Assembly: GCF_009914755.1 (NCBI RefSeq)
Contig: NC_060926.1
From: the human T2T-CHM13v2.0 reference genome, Homo sapiens
Reading direction: 5' to 3' (one strand)
DNA length: 64,000 nt
The position numbers were made by a program, and so were the translations under genes. Shown piece by piece: positions 10,851 through 24,075 of the stretch; position 1 is the first letter of the stretch, and each line of letters begins with the position of its first letter. Under the pieces are notes generated by a model. It was not told the DNA's origin. It saw only the letters and a list, made by a program, of their open reading frames with translations, and did not search any database.

Positions 10851-13831
10851 GGCACTCATCTTGGATTTGTAAACTGCTTATATTTTTGATATTGAACATC
10901 TTTCATTAAATTTTGCTTTCATATTATAGTATCTTTATATTGCAGTATGAGCTTCAAATGAAATAACTTCACAATTCAACCTTTGTAAATATTTTAATGA
11001 CAGCCCTCTTACCTAGTAAAACGTGTATATTCTCAACTTCTGATAAGAATGAGAACTTTTCTTTCAAAGGATAATGGGCTTTCCTTATGTGTAAGTAGTT
11101 GTGTTAATCTTGGGGCAGACTGTGAACTTACTGATTTTTTTTTTTTTTTTTTGACAAGTCTCTCTTCTGCGTCTTTCTAAGGGGTTCACAATTTGCTGAA
11201 CTTCCTGCCTGAAGCAGGTGCCCATTGTCTTAGCATTCTCTCCTGCTTATCTAAGGAACTTCATTCTGGGCTTTCATGCTTGCCCCACCTATTAATGGAT
11301 ATTGACATGAATGGGTATTTACTCCTCTTTGTGTTTTAACATTGGCTTTCTGGAGTTATAATTTCTTAAGCTGTTACCCCTAGTGCCTCCCAAAAAGCAC
11401 TGATTGCCATGAAATGTTAATAAGTGTTTCTTTTACACAGATGCACAAAAACATACATACATAGACACGCATATGTGCATAAAATTACATATATTCTATG
11501 ACCCACTAAATTTGGTAACCACTGATGTAAACTAAATTAAACAGATTTCTCTTTTAAAATATTTCTTAAAGCTCATATTATGTCAATGTATGTTTTGACT
11601 CTCCAAGAGTTACAAGAATTACAAATAATATGTGGTGTTTCTCAAATTTATTTGAGCCTGAAAACTTTCTTTTTAACACCAAGGCACTAGTCTACAGAAA
11701 AACACTGGGAAATACTGCCTGACTCCATGGGAATTGTCCTTATATCAAATATATAGATGCTGCAACAGACTTGTGCGAGTGAGAATTGGGGCACAAAGCA
11801 TTTTGTTAAAAAAAGCCCATCTGCAATGGGATATTTATTCTTTTTTTTCTGCTCAGAATAAATTACTTCATTTGAAGCAAGCTTTGTTCCCAGTGACATT
11901 ATAGTCAAGGAATATGTTATTGTGATCTACAAATTTAATTTCTATTAAGAAAAAATTATAGATATTTTTGTGAATTGTATAAGCAACAGTTACTTAATGC
12001 TTCCAAGAGGAACCAAGAAACTCTGACTCTTCTTATATTGTCCACATCTCCTTGGGAGATAAAAAAGATGCACATTTTATTTTTATGGTGAAGGGAGATA
12101 CTAGTGTACTTGAAGAAGAAGCTTTTTTCTCTAAAGAAGGAACTCTAATGACTAGTTGGGAAGGGAACAAACTGTTGGTATTCGTTTGAATCTAAGCAAC
12201 AAAGTTTTGGTGGAGGACTTCAAATCATATGCTATTTGTAACCAAAATTATGGGAAATGACATTAAAAATATTTTCTGACCTACAGTGTAATTTTAAGTC
12301 CCAATCTTGTTTGTTATATATCTTTAATTTGGATGGAATTATTTAAATTATTAATTCTCTGCCCAATTTTTTTATATATTAAATTACTGCAAATAAAATT
12401 TTCTTGTTCTTTGGTCAGCAAGCAGCGTTTTCAGTATTAGGAAACTAATCAAATGCAATTCGACCTGGAAAAAAAATATTGAATTAGAAACATTTTATTT
12501 TCTCTTTGTGAAAATGTTGAGAACTTTCTCTTTAATGTACTTTCCCAAATCTTATCTGGCAGGAGATTATATATATTTGAATAAAGATGAACATTCAAAG
12601 ATTTTTTTAAACCACATACTGTAATTTCACCAGTGGACTAAACAGAGTCTATTGGAGAAAACTTACCCTGGGGCTTTAGATCTTGCATCCCATCTTAACA
12701 AGAGACTAAACAGTGAAAACCACTCCTTTGTTAATCATTGGGCAGAAAGGAGGATAAATGATAAACAGTGACAAAGTATAATTGTGTCTGTTTCTTGGAC
12801 ATCAATTGATACCATGCCAGCCAAACTGAGGCATTTTAAAATGACATGCTTGTCGACATCAAAGAGTCTAGGCAAAGGTTAAATATCTATGTGATAGGGA
12901 TATCTTTAGCTTTGTATTGGCCACTGAAACTTCCCTTTAGTTACCAGAAGAGGAAACATTGCTGACTTACTCACTTAGTTAACATGGCAGATAGGTACAT
13001 ACAAATAGCATGTATAATAAAAATCCATACCATTAGTGGTTTTACTTACATGTTTCTCACAAATGCTAATACTCTATTTTAAATGTCTAGGCAATTGATT
13101 TTTTTATAGATAACTTCTTGACTAGCTATCAAAGTCCTGTCAGCCAATATGTGACTATAGAAGAGCAAGGATGGCTAAAGAAAATAATAAAGCATTAAAT
13201 TACATGAACTCATTGGAAATGTGTAAGAAACCATTATGTTATTATAGTTCATCATTAGCCAGATTTGGTCATTGGATATCAGATTTCCTTCTTATCTAGT
13301 CTTTGATTATATTAGATCTTTTCTTTCAGAAATTTTATTTTGAGGATTCATAATTTCACATCTTCATAAGAAAATAAGGAACTTTATTCTGATCTATTCT
13401 GACTTATAATTTGGAACTAATTCCTCTAAAAATGAGACAATCCATAAATCGTAGTAGAAAGACAACTTTCATCTTTTAAAAAATAGAATGTTGCAAAAGT
13501 AGCTAATGAGATATTAGTAGGTATAAAAAATATTTTTTTTCCTAAAAATCAGCAATCACACTGCTTGAAAACAGATTATGATATGACTTTATGTGGAAAT
13601 CCTGGAGATATCAGAACATGCACAACATTTAATTAAAATATTTTATTGACGTGTTAAATGTATACATACATACAAGCGAGTGATTCATAAGTATACTGCT
13701 CAATAATAAACACAAAGTGAACACACTAGTATAACCCCCACTCAGATCAAAATGCAGAGTATCACTAGCACCTTTGAAGTATCTGTCTTCCCGTCTAGGA
13801 CTATTTCTCCAGGAAACCACTCTCTTGATTT

Positions 13832-14184
<353 letters not shown>

Positions 14185-14297
14185 CACTCTCTTGATTTCT
14201 AATACCATGTATAAGTCCATCTTCATAATTAAGTAAACAATGTCATACATTATCCATCATTTTCTCTTTTATTTCTTTCATTCAACGGTGTATTTGT

Positions 14298-14600
<303 letters not shown>

Positions 14601-14664
14601 AACAGTGTATTTGTGGGTTTCATTCCTATTAGTGCATGTAGCTTTAATCTACTCATTTTAATAC

Positions 14665-15549
14665 ACTTTTAAAATTTTATAACAGTTTTATGTTTATGGA
14701 GAGTTATAAAGATAGTACAGAGATTTCTTATATACACAGTACCTAGTTCCCTCATTATCATCCTACATTATGATATATTTGTCACTATTAGTGAACCAAT
14801 ATTTTCCCATTATTAACTACAACCTATCATTATTCTTATTTCCATAGTTTTATCTAATGTCCCTTTTCTGTTCTAGGACCCCATCCAAAGTTTCATATTA
14901 TGTTCAGTCATCATGTATTCCTAGGCTTCTCCTGTCTGTGACAGTTTCTCAGACTTTCCTTGTTTTTGATGATCTTGACATTTTTGCAGAGTAATGGTCA
15001 GGTATTTTGTTGAATACTACTCTATAGGGAATTGTCTGATGTTTTTCTCATGCTGAGATTGGGGTTATGGATTTTTGGGAGGAAGACCACAGAAGAAAAT
15101 TTTCATTCTCATCACATCATACCAAGTGTACATACTCTCAAAATGACCTATCACTGTTGATATTAATTTTGATCACCTGGCTGAGGTAGCATTTGCCAGG
15201 TTTCTACACTGTGAAGTTTTTCTTTCCCTCCCCTCCTTTCAATACAGTACTCTTTGGAGAGAAGTCAGTAGGTACAGTCAATATTTAAGGAGTAGGGAGT
15301 TATCCACCTCCTTGAGGGTAAAATATCTTCATAAATTTTTTGGAATTCTTCTGTATGAGAACTTTGTCTATTCTCCCTCATTTATTGAATTGATTCAATT
15401 ATTCATGTCAGCATGAAGCCAATAATATTTGTTTTATACTTTGAATTATAATCCAGTGCTACTTTATTTTTTACTGAAATTGTTCCATCTTTGGTACATT
15501 AAAGGCCTTTTCAATTGGCTTCTATGCCCCTTTGACATATCACCATTGA

Positions 15550-15584
<35 letters not shown>

Positions 15585-16870
15585 TTGAGAACTTCTTTAT
15601 TTTTGGCACTACAAGATGCTTCAGGCTCATCGTGTATATTTCTTGCCTTAATCTTAGAATCAGCCATTTCTCCTGGGAGCCCTGGTTTATTTTATTGGAG
15701 AATGGCATTAGATCTGGGTGTTGGGTGTGCCCATTGCTATTGGGGTATCTTTGCTTTTAGACCTCGTTAATTGATAGATTAAGGAATATATGTGTGCGTG
15801 TGAACCGTGTATAAGCAAAAAACCATAAGTATGCCTATATGTAATGATCTTTATGTATATGAAGCTAAACATGGGTTCATACTGATTTCTCCAACTCTAA
15901 TCCATTACAACATGGGTCATTCTAACCTTCTCATCTTGCTTGTCTACAACCTTCTACTCCGAAAGTAAGAAACCTGGCTTCCACCATTCATCATTCAATT
16001 CCTTAATTGTTCAATTCCTGTATGCCTATGTAGTGGTTTGAGAAATATTAACCCATATCCTCAATTGGAAACAATTTCTTCAAGTAGAGCATGGTGCTTA
16101 CATGCATTGTAGATAGTGGCTACCACTTACACCAAGATTCTAACAGCATTTTTACTTTCTATACATCAAAAAGCTTTGTAAATAAAATCTTAACATTTTG
16201 GGTTTTTTAAAAATGCTTTTCTTTTCAATGAATTTTTTTTAATGTTAGGACATTTTATGGAGTAAGTGCCAAAAAAGTATTTTTAAGAATTTAAGTGAAA
16301 TAAACATGCTATTCTTTGGCTTTAAATAAATAAATAAGAGTCATATAGACTCCACTTACTTTCCCCAGCACCATGTCATTGGTTGTTTCATATATTTCTA
16401 ATGTAATTAGATTCTTTTATCACAGTTTGTATTCCATCATGGGTTACTCTGACATCCTAAATGATTTTTTTTTAAAATTGGCATGGATTAAGGTTCAATT
16501 TTTTTTTGGGTTGTAAATTCTGTGGATTTTGACAAATACACAGTGTCAAGTATCCACCATTATAGTGTCATACATAATAGTTATACCACTGTAAAAACAA
16601 CCCGTGTGCTTCACCTATTCAATCTTCCCACTGACTCACCTCCCCACACTGAGCCCTGGAAACCAATGATCTGAGTATACTCTGCATAGTTTTGCTTTTC
16701 CCACATTTCATATTAATGGCAAAATAGAGTATACTGCCTTTTAAGAGTGGTTTCTTTCCTGTACCTATATGCATTTGTGATTCACCCATGTCTTTGCCTG
16801 ACTTGCTAGCTCGTTCTTCTTGATGAGTAGCATACCATTGTATAAGCATGCCACAGTTTATTCATCTCCA
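14665..16870 (-). mobile_element. L1MC/L1MD-type 3' UTR region
   Basis: 'ttctgttctaggaccccatcca...gtgacagtttctcagactttccttgtttttgatgatcttgaca...gggaggaagaccacaga...gatcacctggctgaggtag' resembles antisense L1MC/MD 3' UTR. Confidence 0.75.
15550..15583. repeat. (TG)n microsatellite
   Basis: Read directly; lies within the L1MC/MD. Confidence 0.9.
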
Positions 16871-16889
16871 AGGTTGATTTTTAACTTTG

Positions 16890-17150
16890 TCCTACCCACC
16901 AACATTTATGGAGTGGCTATTCTAAGCCCAGTGTTGTTTTAGTTATTACAGGGAACACAGAAGAAGAATAAAGACTCTACTCTCAAGGTAAATATAATCT
17001 TATTAAAAAACAAGGATTACTATAGGAAAAAAATTAAATATGTGAGGCAATAGGTGAAAAATAGTCAGATGAGGTACATTCACTAATGTAACAAATGCCA
17101 GTAGAAAGAGAGAAAATACTATGACCTGGAATGCTCTGGGAAGAATTAAT
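16890..17150 (-). mobile_element. L2 3' end fragment
   Basis: 'caacatttatggagtggctattctaagcccagtgttgttttag...gaataaagactctactctcaagg' resembles antisense L2 terminus. Confidence 0.4.
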
Positions 17151-17179
17151 ACAGAAAAATTACCTTAAAAATAAGTGTA

Positions 17180-18180
17180 TAGAAATTCACCTTAAAACAA
17201 ATTGAGATACCACTATGTACCCACTAGAATGGCTAATATTAAAAAAGAAGACTGATAACACCAAATATTGGCAAGGATTTAGAGCAACTGGAACTTTTAT
17301 ATGTTGTTAGTAGGAATGTAAAATGGTAAAACACTTTGGAAAATATATCTGGCAGTTTCTTATAAAACATATACTTATAAAATATGTAGTTATCTTTTGA
17401 GCTAGCAGTTCTACCCTTATGTATTTGCCAAAGAGAGATGAAAAAATGTATCCACTGAAACCCCTGTATAAAATGTTCATAAAGCTTTATTCATAATAGT
17501 ACCAAACTCTAAACTGCCCAGTTGTTCATCAATAGGAGAAAATATGAAAAAAACTGTAGTATATTCATACAATGGACAATTATTTAGCACTAAAATGGAA
17601 GCACTACTGATATATGCAGTAATATAGATGAATATCAAAATTGTTAGTTTGAATACTTACAAAATATAACACATACAGTATATTTCATTTACATGAAGTT
17701 CTAAAAGAGGTGAAGCTAACATTCAGTGGAAGAAATTTGAATGATGGTTGCTTTGAGCCTAGGGATAGTGAATCACTGGAAACAGACATAAGGGAACTGC
17801 CTGAGGTTACAGTAATGTTCTTTATCATTATAAAAATTTAGTTTCACAAATGTATGCATTTGTCAAATGGTACACTTAAAATTTGTGCATTTCATTTTAT
17901 ATAAATTTAACTTCAAAAAAAGTACTGTAAAAATATTAAACTCTGGGATAAATGCAAAAGTATTTTGGGGGGAGTGTACTGATGCTTGAAACTTTGCAAA
18001 GCATTAAAGTAATATGCATTGATAGATGGATAGAAGTATAAACAGATGCATGAACATGTGATAAAACAAGTATATCAAGTTTTAATCAGAGAATCTAGTG
18101 ATGCATATATGAATATTTGCTGCAAAATTTTTTGAAATTTACTCTATGTTTTAAAATTTACATTAAAAACGTTCGGAAAA
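17180..18180 (+). mobile_element. L1ME-type ORF2 end and 3' UTR
   Basis: 'tgagataccactatgtacccactagaatggctaatatt...actgataacaccaaatattggcaaggatttagagcaactggaac' and 3' UTR 'tgtatgcatttgtcaaatggtacacttaaaatttgtgcatttcatt'. Confidence 0.75.
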
Positions 18181-18184
18181 AATC

Positions 18185-18880
18185 AAGAATCTAACCAGCT
18201 TTGTACTACCTCCTCTGCTACCCCTGGGCTATGCCACAGTCATCTCTTTCCTGGAATGCTGCATTGATTTTGCCGCTTGTGTCCCTACTTCTGCCCCTGC
18301 CCTTCTGCAATCCAGTCTCATCACAGCAGCCAGATTCTTTTGGGAATGTGAGATGATGTTAAACCAACTCCTAACAATGATCTACAAAGGCCTGTGTGGT
18401 CTTCTCTTCCTGTCAACTCCCTGATCTCCTCTTCTCATACTTTTCCACAATACAGCTCCTCTAACCAAACCTTCCGTAATGTTCCTCCAGCAGGCTAGAC
18501 ATGCTCTCACCTTGGAACTGTTTCTGCTTGAGATGCTCTTTGTTCACATATCTTCATTTAGATTCTTCAATTCTTTGCCCATATCTTGCCTTCTCAATGA
18601 GGTTTACTCTGATCACTCTATTCAATAAAACAAACTGTAACCTGATCACAGTATTTCCAATTCCCTTTATTCTGTTCATTGTTTTATTTTTTCCATGGCA
18701 CTTATAACTTTCTAGCATATGATGTAATTTATTATTATAATATTATTCCTCTGTTAGAATGTAAAGTATACTACAGTGGCATCTTTATCTCACTGACGTA
18801 GGTAGCCAAGTACCTAGAAGAGTGTCTGATACGTAGCAGACTCTAAATAATATTTGTTTAAAAATGTAGTAATGAATAAA
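18185..18880 (+). mobile_element. L2 (L2a-like) 3' portion
   Basis: 'ctcatcacagcagccaga', 'ccatggcacttataactttctagcat' and terminal 'acctagaagagtgtctgatacgtagcagactctaaataatatttgtt...aatgaataaa'. Confidence 0.7.
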
Positions 18881-19063
18881 GTTGGACTTGAAAGACAGAA
18901 AATCTTTTTCTATTTTTTGGAAAGGAGAACTACTTTTCTTAAAGCAACAAATGTTTATTGCAGAAAAATTATATCAAGGAAGGCAAAAACAAAGCAAAAC
19001 AAAAACTTCATAAGCAAACCAAGCAGCTGCTATCTTTGCTGATAACTTGATGTATATTTGTTT

Positions 19064-19199
19064 CCTGTAATCCCAGCATCTTGGGAGGCTCAGGCAGGAG
19101 GATCATTTGAGGTCAGGAGTTTGAGGTCAGCCTGGGCAACATAGGGAGACCCTGTTGCTACAAAAAATGTAATAAATAAATAATAAATAAAATAAAATG
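19064..19199 (+). mobile_element. FLAM_C / AluJ left monomer
   Basis: Single monomer 'cctgtaatcccagca...ggaggatcatttgaggtcaggagtttgagg..cagcctgggcaacatagggagacc' with (AAAT)n tail. Degenerate TSD TGATGT(A/T)TATT at 19048-19058 and 19200-19210. Confidence 0.85.
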
Positions 19200-19780
19200 T
19201 GATGTTTATTATACATACAAATTGTTGATAGCATATATTTTTGCAGAACTATTTCTATATGAATATATGTATTAAAATTATATTACTTGCTTTTTTTCTT
19301 AATACCATGCTTTATTTAGCATATTTCTGCAATAATACACTTAAGCAGCATCATTTTAACGAGTTTGTTACCTTATCTTCTGTTGGTCATTTAGATATTT
19401 CCAGTTTTGCAGTACTCAAAATATTTTGATGAGCATCCATATAGCTTAATCTTTGGACACATCTTTAATACTTTTTTAAGATAAATTCCAGAAAATGGAG
19501 TCACTCTATCTGAGGATAAACATTCTAAGGCTCTTAATAGGTATTATCAAATTTTCTCCTCATAAGGTCTATAAAAGCTTATGCTTACCAGTTTACCAGT
19601 AGTGTAGGGGCTTTCCCTTTCCATGGAAAGACAGTAGGATTTGGATATGTGAAGAAATAAAGGAGGGTATCCTACTGACATGAGTATCACATGCAAAAGC
19701 CAGTAGACAGGAAAGGCCGTGCCATGCTCTGGGAACAAGAATCTCTGCCTGGCCCACAGGGCACCTTCACCATGGGAGAC

Positions 19781-20107
19781 TATCCAAGTCAGCTAGGGCT
19801 GCCAGAACAAAATACCACAGACTGGGTGGCTGAAAAAACAGAGATTGATTGTTTCACAGTTCGAAGACTAGAAGTCCATGATCATAGTGTCATTAGGTTT
19901 GGTTCCTCTTGGGGCATCTCTCCTTGGCTCGCAGATGACGGCTTCTTCCTGTGTCTTCACATGGCCCTTCCTCCGTATGTGCACATCCTGGTGTCTTTTG
20001 TTCTTATGTCTAGCAATACTAGACATACTGAATTAGGGCCTCAACCATTTGGCCTTATTATAACTTAATAACCTTTATGAAGACCTATGACAATTCAACC
20101 CATAACA
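19781..20107 (-). mobile_element. MLT1A/B/C-type MaLR solo LTR with internal deletion
   Basis: 'gctagggctgccagaacaaaataccacagactgggtggct...' ending 'acaattcaacccataaca' (reverse complement of MLT1 start TGTTATGGGTTGAATTGT). Flanks GAGAC/GAGAA resemble a 5-bp TSD. Confidence 0.85.
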
Positions 20108-20705
20108 GAGAACCTGGGAGAAAGCATCCAGAGGGTCTCAAAAGCTTCTCTTCAGTCCAGAACTGAGCTGATTCATAAATGGGGAGTTTTGACCAATATT
20201 TTGATGTATCCGGATCAGTTGGATCTGAGTGCAGCCCATTGAGCACATTTCCAGTTTTGCCTCACCAACCTTTAATTACAGCCTCTAATACTTAGTTCTT
20301 ACTGTAATTCAGTAGGAAAAAAATACAGCTTTAGCAGAAGCCTGCCAAAACCAACATATCTGAAATTGGGCCCCCTGAAAAATAAGTACTATTAAGAGCA
20401 GCATTGTTCCTTTAGGAAAATGGGGAACAGCTTTGCACACAGTTGGTCCGTTTGAGGCTGGGTTACCACCCAGAGAAATTTCTATGACACGTTCATGTTC
20501 CTTAGGTTCTTCTTTTTCTCCTTTTTTGACGTTTTTTGGGCAGATATTTCTCTAATCAGAAGACATTCAAGTCTGGGAGGATAAAAATCTCTCTTGACAA
20601 TCTTGAGAAAAAGAAAAAGTCAATTGGTTCCTTCAGGAAGTGAAAGGATTTGTTTGGGGCCTTGGAGAAGGAGAATTATGAAAATTATTCATGATTTTTA
20701 TACCT

Positions 20706-20758
20706 TCACGAGTCTCATTGTTTTATGGCCAGAGTCCATAAAACAATGAGACTCATGA
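20706..20758. repeat. Inverted repeat / hairpin, 23-bp arms (inner 19 perfect), 7-nt loop
   Basis: GAGTCTCATTGTTTTATGG (20710-20728) is the exact reverse complement of CCATAAAACAATGAGACTC (20736-20754). Outer TCAC/ATGA pairs with one mismatch. Confidence 0.95.
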
Positions 20759-22943
20759 CATCTTTTTGGATGTTCTCAGATTCAATTTCTATTCTATGCC
20801 TTTGTATCCTGCCTTAAGCCAGGTATGTGGGAGTTGCAATATCTTATACTTCAACTGATTAAATATTAACTTGATGCTTTATGCAATGCATCTCAGAATT
20901 GCCCATCCTCAGAGAAGAAAAAAATATTTATACATTGGTCCTTCTCTTTTATTGGTCATAAAGGTGCTCCATGGACTTTCGAGCTGCAAACAGGTGTCAA
21001 AGGTTCTCAAGGCACCAGTGAAACCCTAGAGAAACAAGCAAGATGCATCTGGTCAGGTGCTGTCAGGTTAGATCTAAGTAAAAGGAGTCAAAGCAGATAT
21101 ATAATTGATCATCACAGGAGCAGGTGGGATAAGAATGTTGATCCCAAGAACATTTGAAGTAATGCACAGGAGTCCAATAAAACAGGTTAATTATTGAAAG
21201 CAAAATAATTATTAGATAGTAAATTATATGAGAAAAATGCAAAACACTGTGATAAAAGTTATCTTTGACTACTCCATTACCGTCAATAATATTTAACGTT
21301 TCTTTTGCTTACAACCCACCAGAAAACATATTTCAGCCCCAGGGTGCATGCTGTGAATGGGGTGCTTGAGCATATGTTTCCCTAGAAAATTCAACTTGTT
21401 TCCCATTGAAGCCATGGACTCCAATATGAGTTTGAGTACTTTTAGAATATGCACTCCCCACCCCCTAAGCACCCCTCCCTGCCAAATCTGATTAACATTT
21501 CCCAGATGGGAAGTGTGCCTGGAGTATTTGCAGGTTAAAAATGAGTTTTTTTAGGTTAAATGAACTTTATGTTATTGGAGCAACTTTTAAATTCAGCAAG
21601 TGACAAGGAATTAGCCAAGTGATAGTGTTCTTAAAATAGCCCAATTATAATGAAAAATGTAAAGCACTTTTTATTAGAGGATAAAAGTGTAAACAGTTCA
21701 TTTCCTGAAAGGCAAGCGAATATTATAACAAATTTTATTGAATGTTTAAGTTCAAGTTTCAGTTATTGTCATGTTGGTGTATTTAATGCCTAACTGTTAA
21801 TTATGAAATTATTGCAAGTTAGGAAAATATTAAATACTTCCTTACTTCACACAATACTATCTCCATACTTCCAACATCACTTGCTGAACTTTTTTCAACT
21901 TTCTAAGATAATTTTTCTAAGATAATTTTTAGCCCACTTTTAATATAGACTTTTCCCCCAAGAACCAGAAAGAACTGAACTTCTTCCCTAAGCTGGTTGT
22001 GGTGTTAGAGCAAATGAAAACCAGTTTTCAGTGTTTATATGGTCAGCTTCTCTCATTTACTCCCATAACCCTTAAGCATTAACCAGAAGTCTTGAAATAT
22101 ACTTGTCCCAGTTTTCAGCAGTATTAATTTTATAGAAGATGGAAGAATATCTGTACTTTTCCAATACTCTTGGAAATACTCTTCTGAACGTTTGTTTCCT
22201 CGAAGGTGGGTTGTAGATTAATATCTAACTATCTATCAATCATGAAAAGATAGTGAATTTTAAACCAAAATCATTTAGACCTGATTAAATTAAGAATGTA
22301 TGTTTGGAAAAGTATGGAATTAAAACTAGAACAATTATTTAATTAATTTATTGTCTAATATAATGTAAATAATTTTTAATTAGTAACTAAAAGATTCTTG
22401 CATCTTATTATTTATAAAACTTGTTCAACATTAGAAACTGGACATCTAAGCTTCTTGTAAATGTTAATATACTCAAAGACCTTTGCTATGTTCACTTCTC
22501 ATTTGAGTTTATAGGAAAGATTATTATTAAAACTAATATTTTTCTTGGAAAATGAGTACCGTTATTGCCATTTGATAACTGGTTTCTACACACTGCATTA
22601 TCAGTATAATTTCTCATAACACTCTTCAGCATATCACAGCTTTGAATCAAGCTTGGAGAACACTGGTGTAATATCAGTTTCAAATTAACAAATTATGTGA
22701 TGGAGCAAAGTTTCAAAGAGACCTATTAGAATTTAAAAGTAATTTATTTTTTAAAAGTTCTTTAGGAATGCTAGATTTTCAAAAAAAATTGTGTGTATTG
22801 TTTTAAGGCACAAATATTTTTATAACTGTTCTTGAGGCATGAGTTTAAAATATGTAAAGAGAAACTAGATGAGATTTATTTTGTAAATTTATGGTCTAAG
22901 GAATAATTTTTAAAAATACGTTTTTCTAGAGTAAAATTTGTAA

Positions 22944-23067
22944 GCTCGGCATGGTGGCACATGCCTGTCGTCCTAGCTACTGAGAGGCTGAGGCAAAAGG
23001 ATTGCTTAAACCCAGATGTTCCAGTCCAGACTAGACAACATAGCAAGACCTTGTCTTAAAAAAAAAA
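22944..23067 (+). mobile_element. FLAM_A/FAM-like Alu monomer
   Basis: 'ggcatggtggcacatgcctgtcgtcctagctactgagaggctgaggcaaaaggattgcttaaacccag...gacaacatagcaagaccttgtctt' plus A tail. Confidence 0.85.
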
Positions 23068-23189
23068 TTACATAAAAGAAGCTACAAGAAAAGGTTTTTT
23101 ATTTCTTCTTGACCCTATACACTTTGGCTTGCTTACCAGAACTTTGCTAAGCATTTTAAAAACTGTTAAGAATTTTTGAGGGAAGGAGT

Positions 23190-24075
23190 AATGGGGATGA
23201 GATTTATCCTCCTGGATTAAACAACTGAAAAGACCCAGACAAAATCTGTGAAAAAAGTGGATTTAGATGGTGGAAAGCAAGCAACTCCGGAGAGTGAGCC
23301 CTCAGATAAGCTGTCCTCAGTTTCTCACTGCATTAGAAGCGCAGCAATCCAAGGAGGAGAAACCCCCCAAATTTCAGTGTTTTCTGTAAGTTGAGGAGAC
23401 AGAGTTTAAAATGCATACAGTGGCTAGACTTTGGGCAGTGTACTGGAGAGAAGAGAGCTGCACAGAGAAAGATTGAAATCTGGAGTGAAGTTTTGAGCTG
23501 AATATTGTTCATGCTTCACATGCATGTGAGGAAATTACACGAGGCGTGGAAAAGACCCACCAGAAGGGATCAGGCAGAGCCCACACGTGGCTGGGAATCA
23601 AAACCAGAGAAAGACATTATAAGTTTAAAAAATTATAGGGTAATATCCTTCATAAACCTAGATGCAAAATATTAAATTCCACAATATATAAAAAGAATAA
23701 TAGATAATGACCAAGTAGGGTTTATCCCAGAAATACAAGGCTGGGTTAACATTTATAAATCAATCAATGCAATTCACTATACTAAAAGAATAAAAGAGAA
23801 AAATCATAAGATCATTTCAATTGATGCAGGAGACTCTTTTGAGAGAATTTAATATTCTCTCAGATAATATTTCTCAGTAAACTAGGAATAGGAGGGAATT
23901 TCCTCAATCTGATAAACAGGATCTACAATAGTTATACATGATCAGATTAAAACCTGTCTGTCACTATTTGGAACAAGGCAAGAAAGTGTGTTTTCACCAT
24001 TTCCATTCACCATTATAGTGAAGGTCCTTGCTGGTGCTGTAAGACAATTAAAAGAAATAGAAGGCATTCAGATGC
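23190..24075 (+). mobile_element. Old L1M fragments (5' region joined to ORF2 RT piece)
   Basis: 23640-24075 resembles ORF2 RT ('gaccaagtagggtttatcccagaaatacaaggctgg', 'atcatttcaattgatgcag', 'ggaacaaggcaag'). 23190-23620 resembles an L1M 5' region. Confidence 0.65.

Noticed and set aside
11136-11152. Poly-T runs (also about 43252-43275 and 49858-49879) as retrocopy tails or terminators
   Set aside because: No recognisable element body or TSD; they are simple mononucleotide runs.
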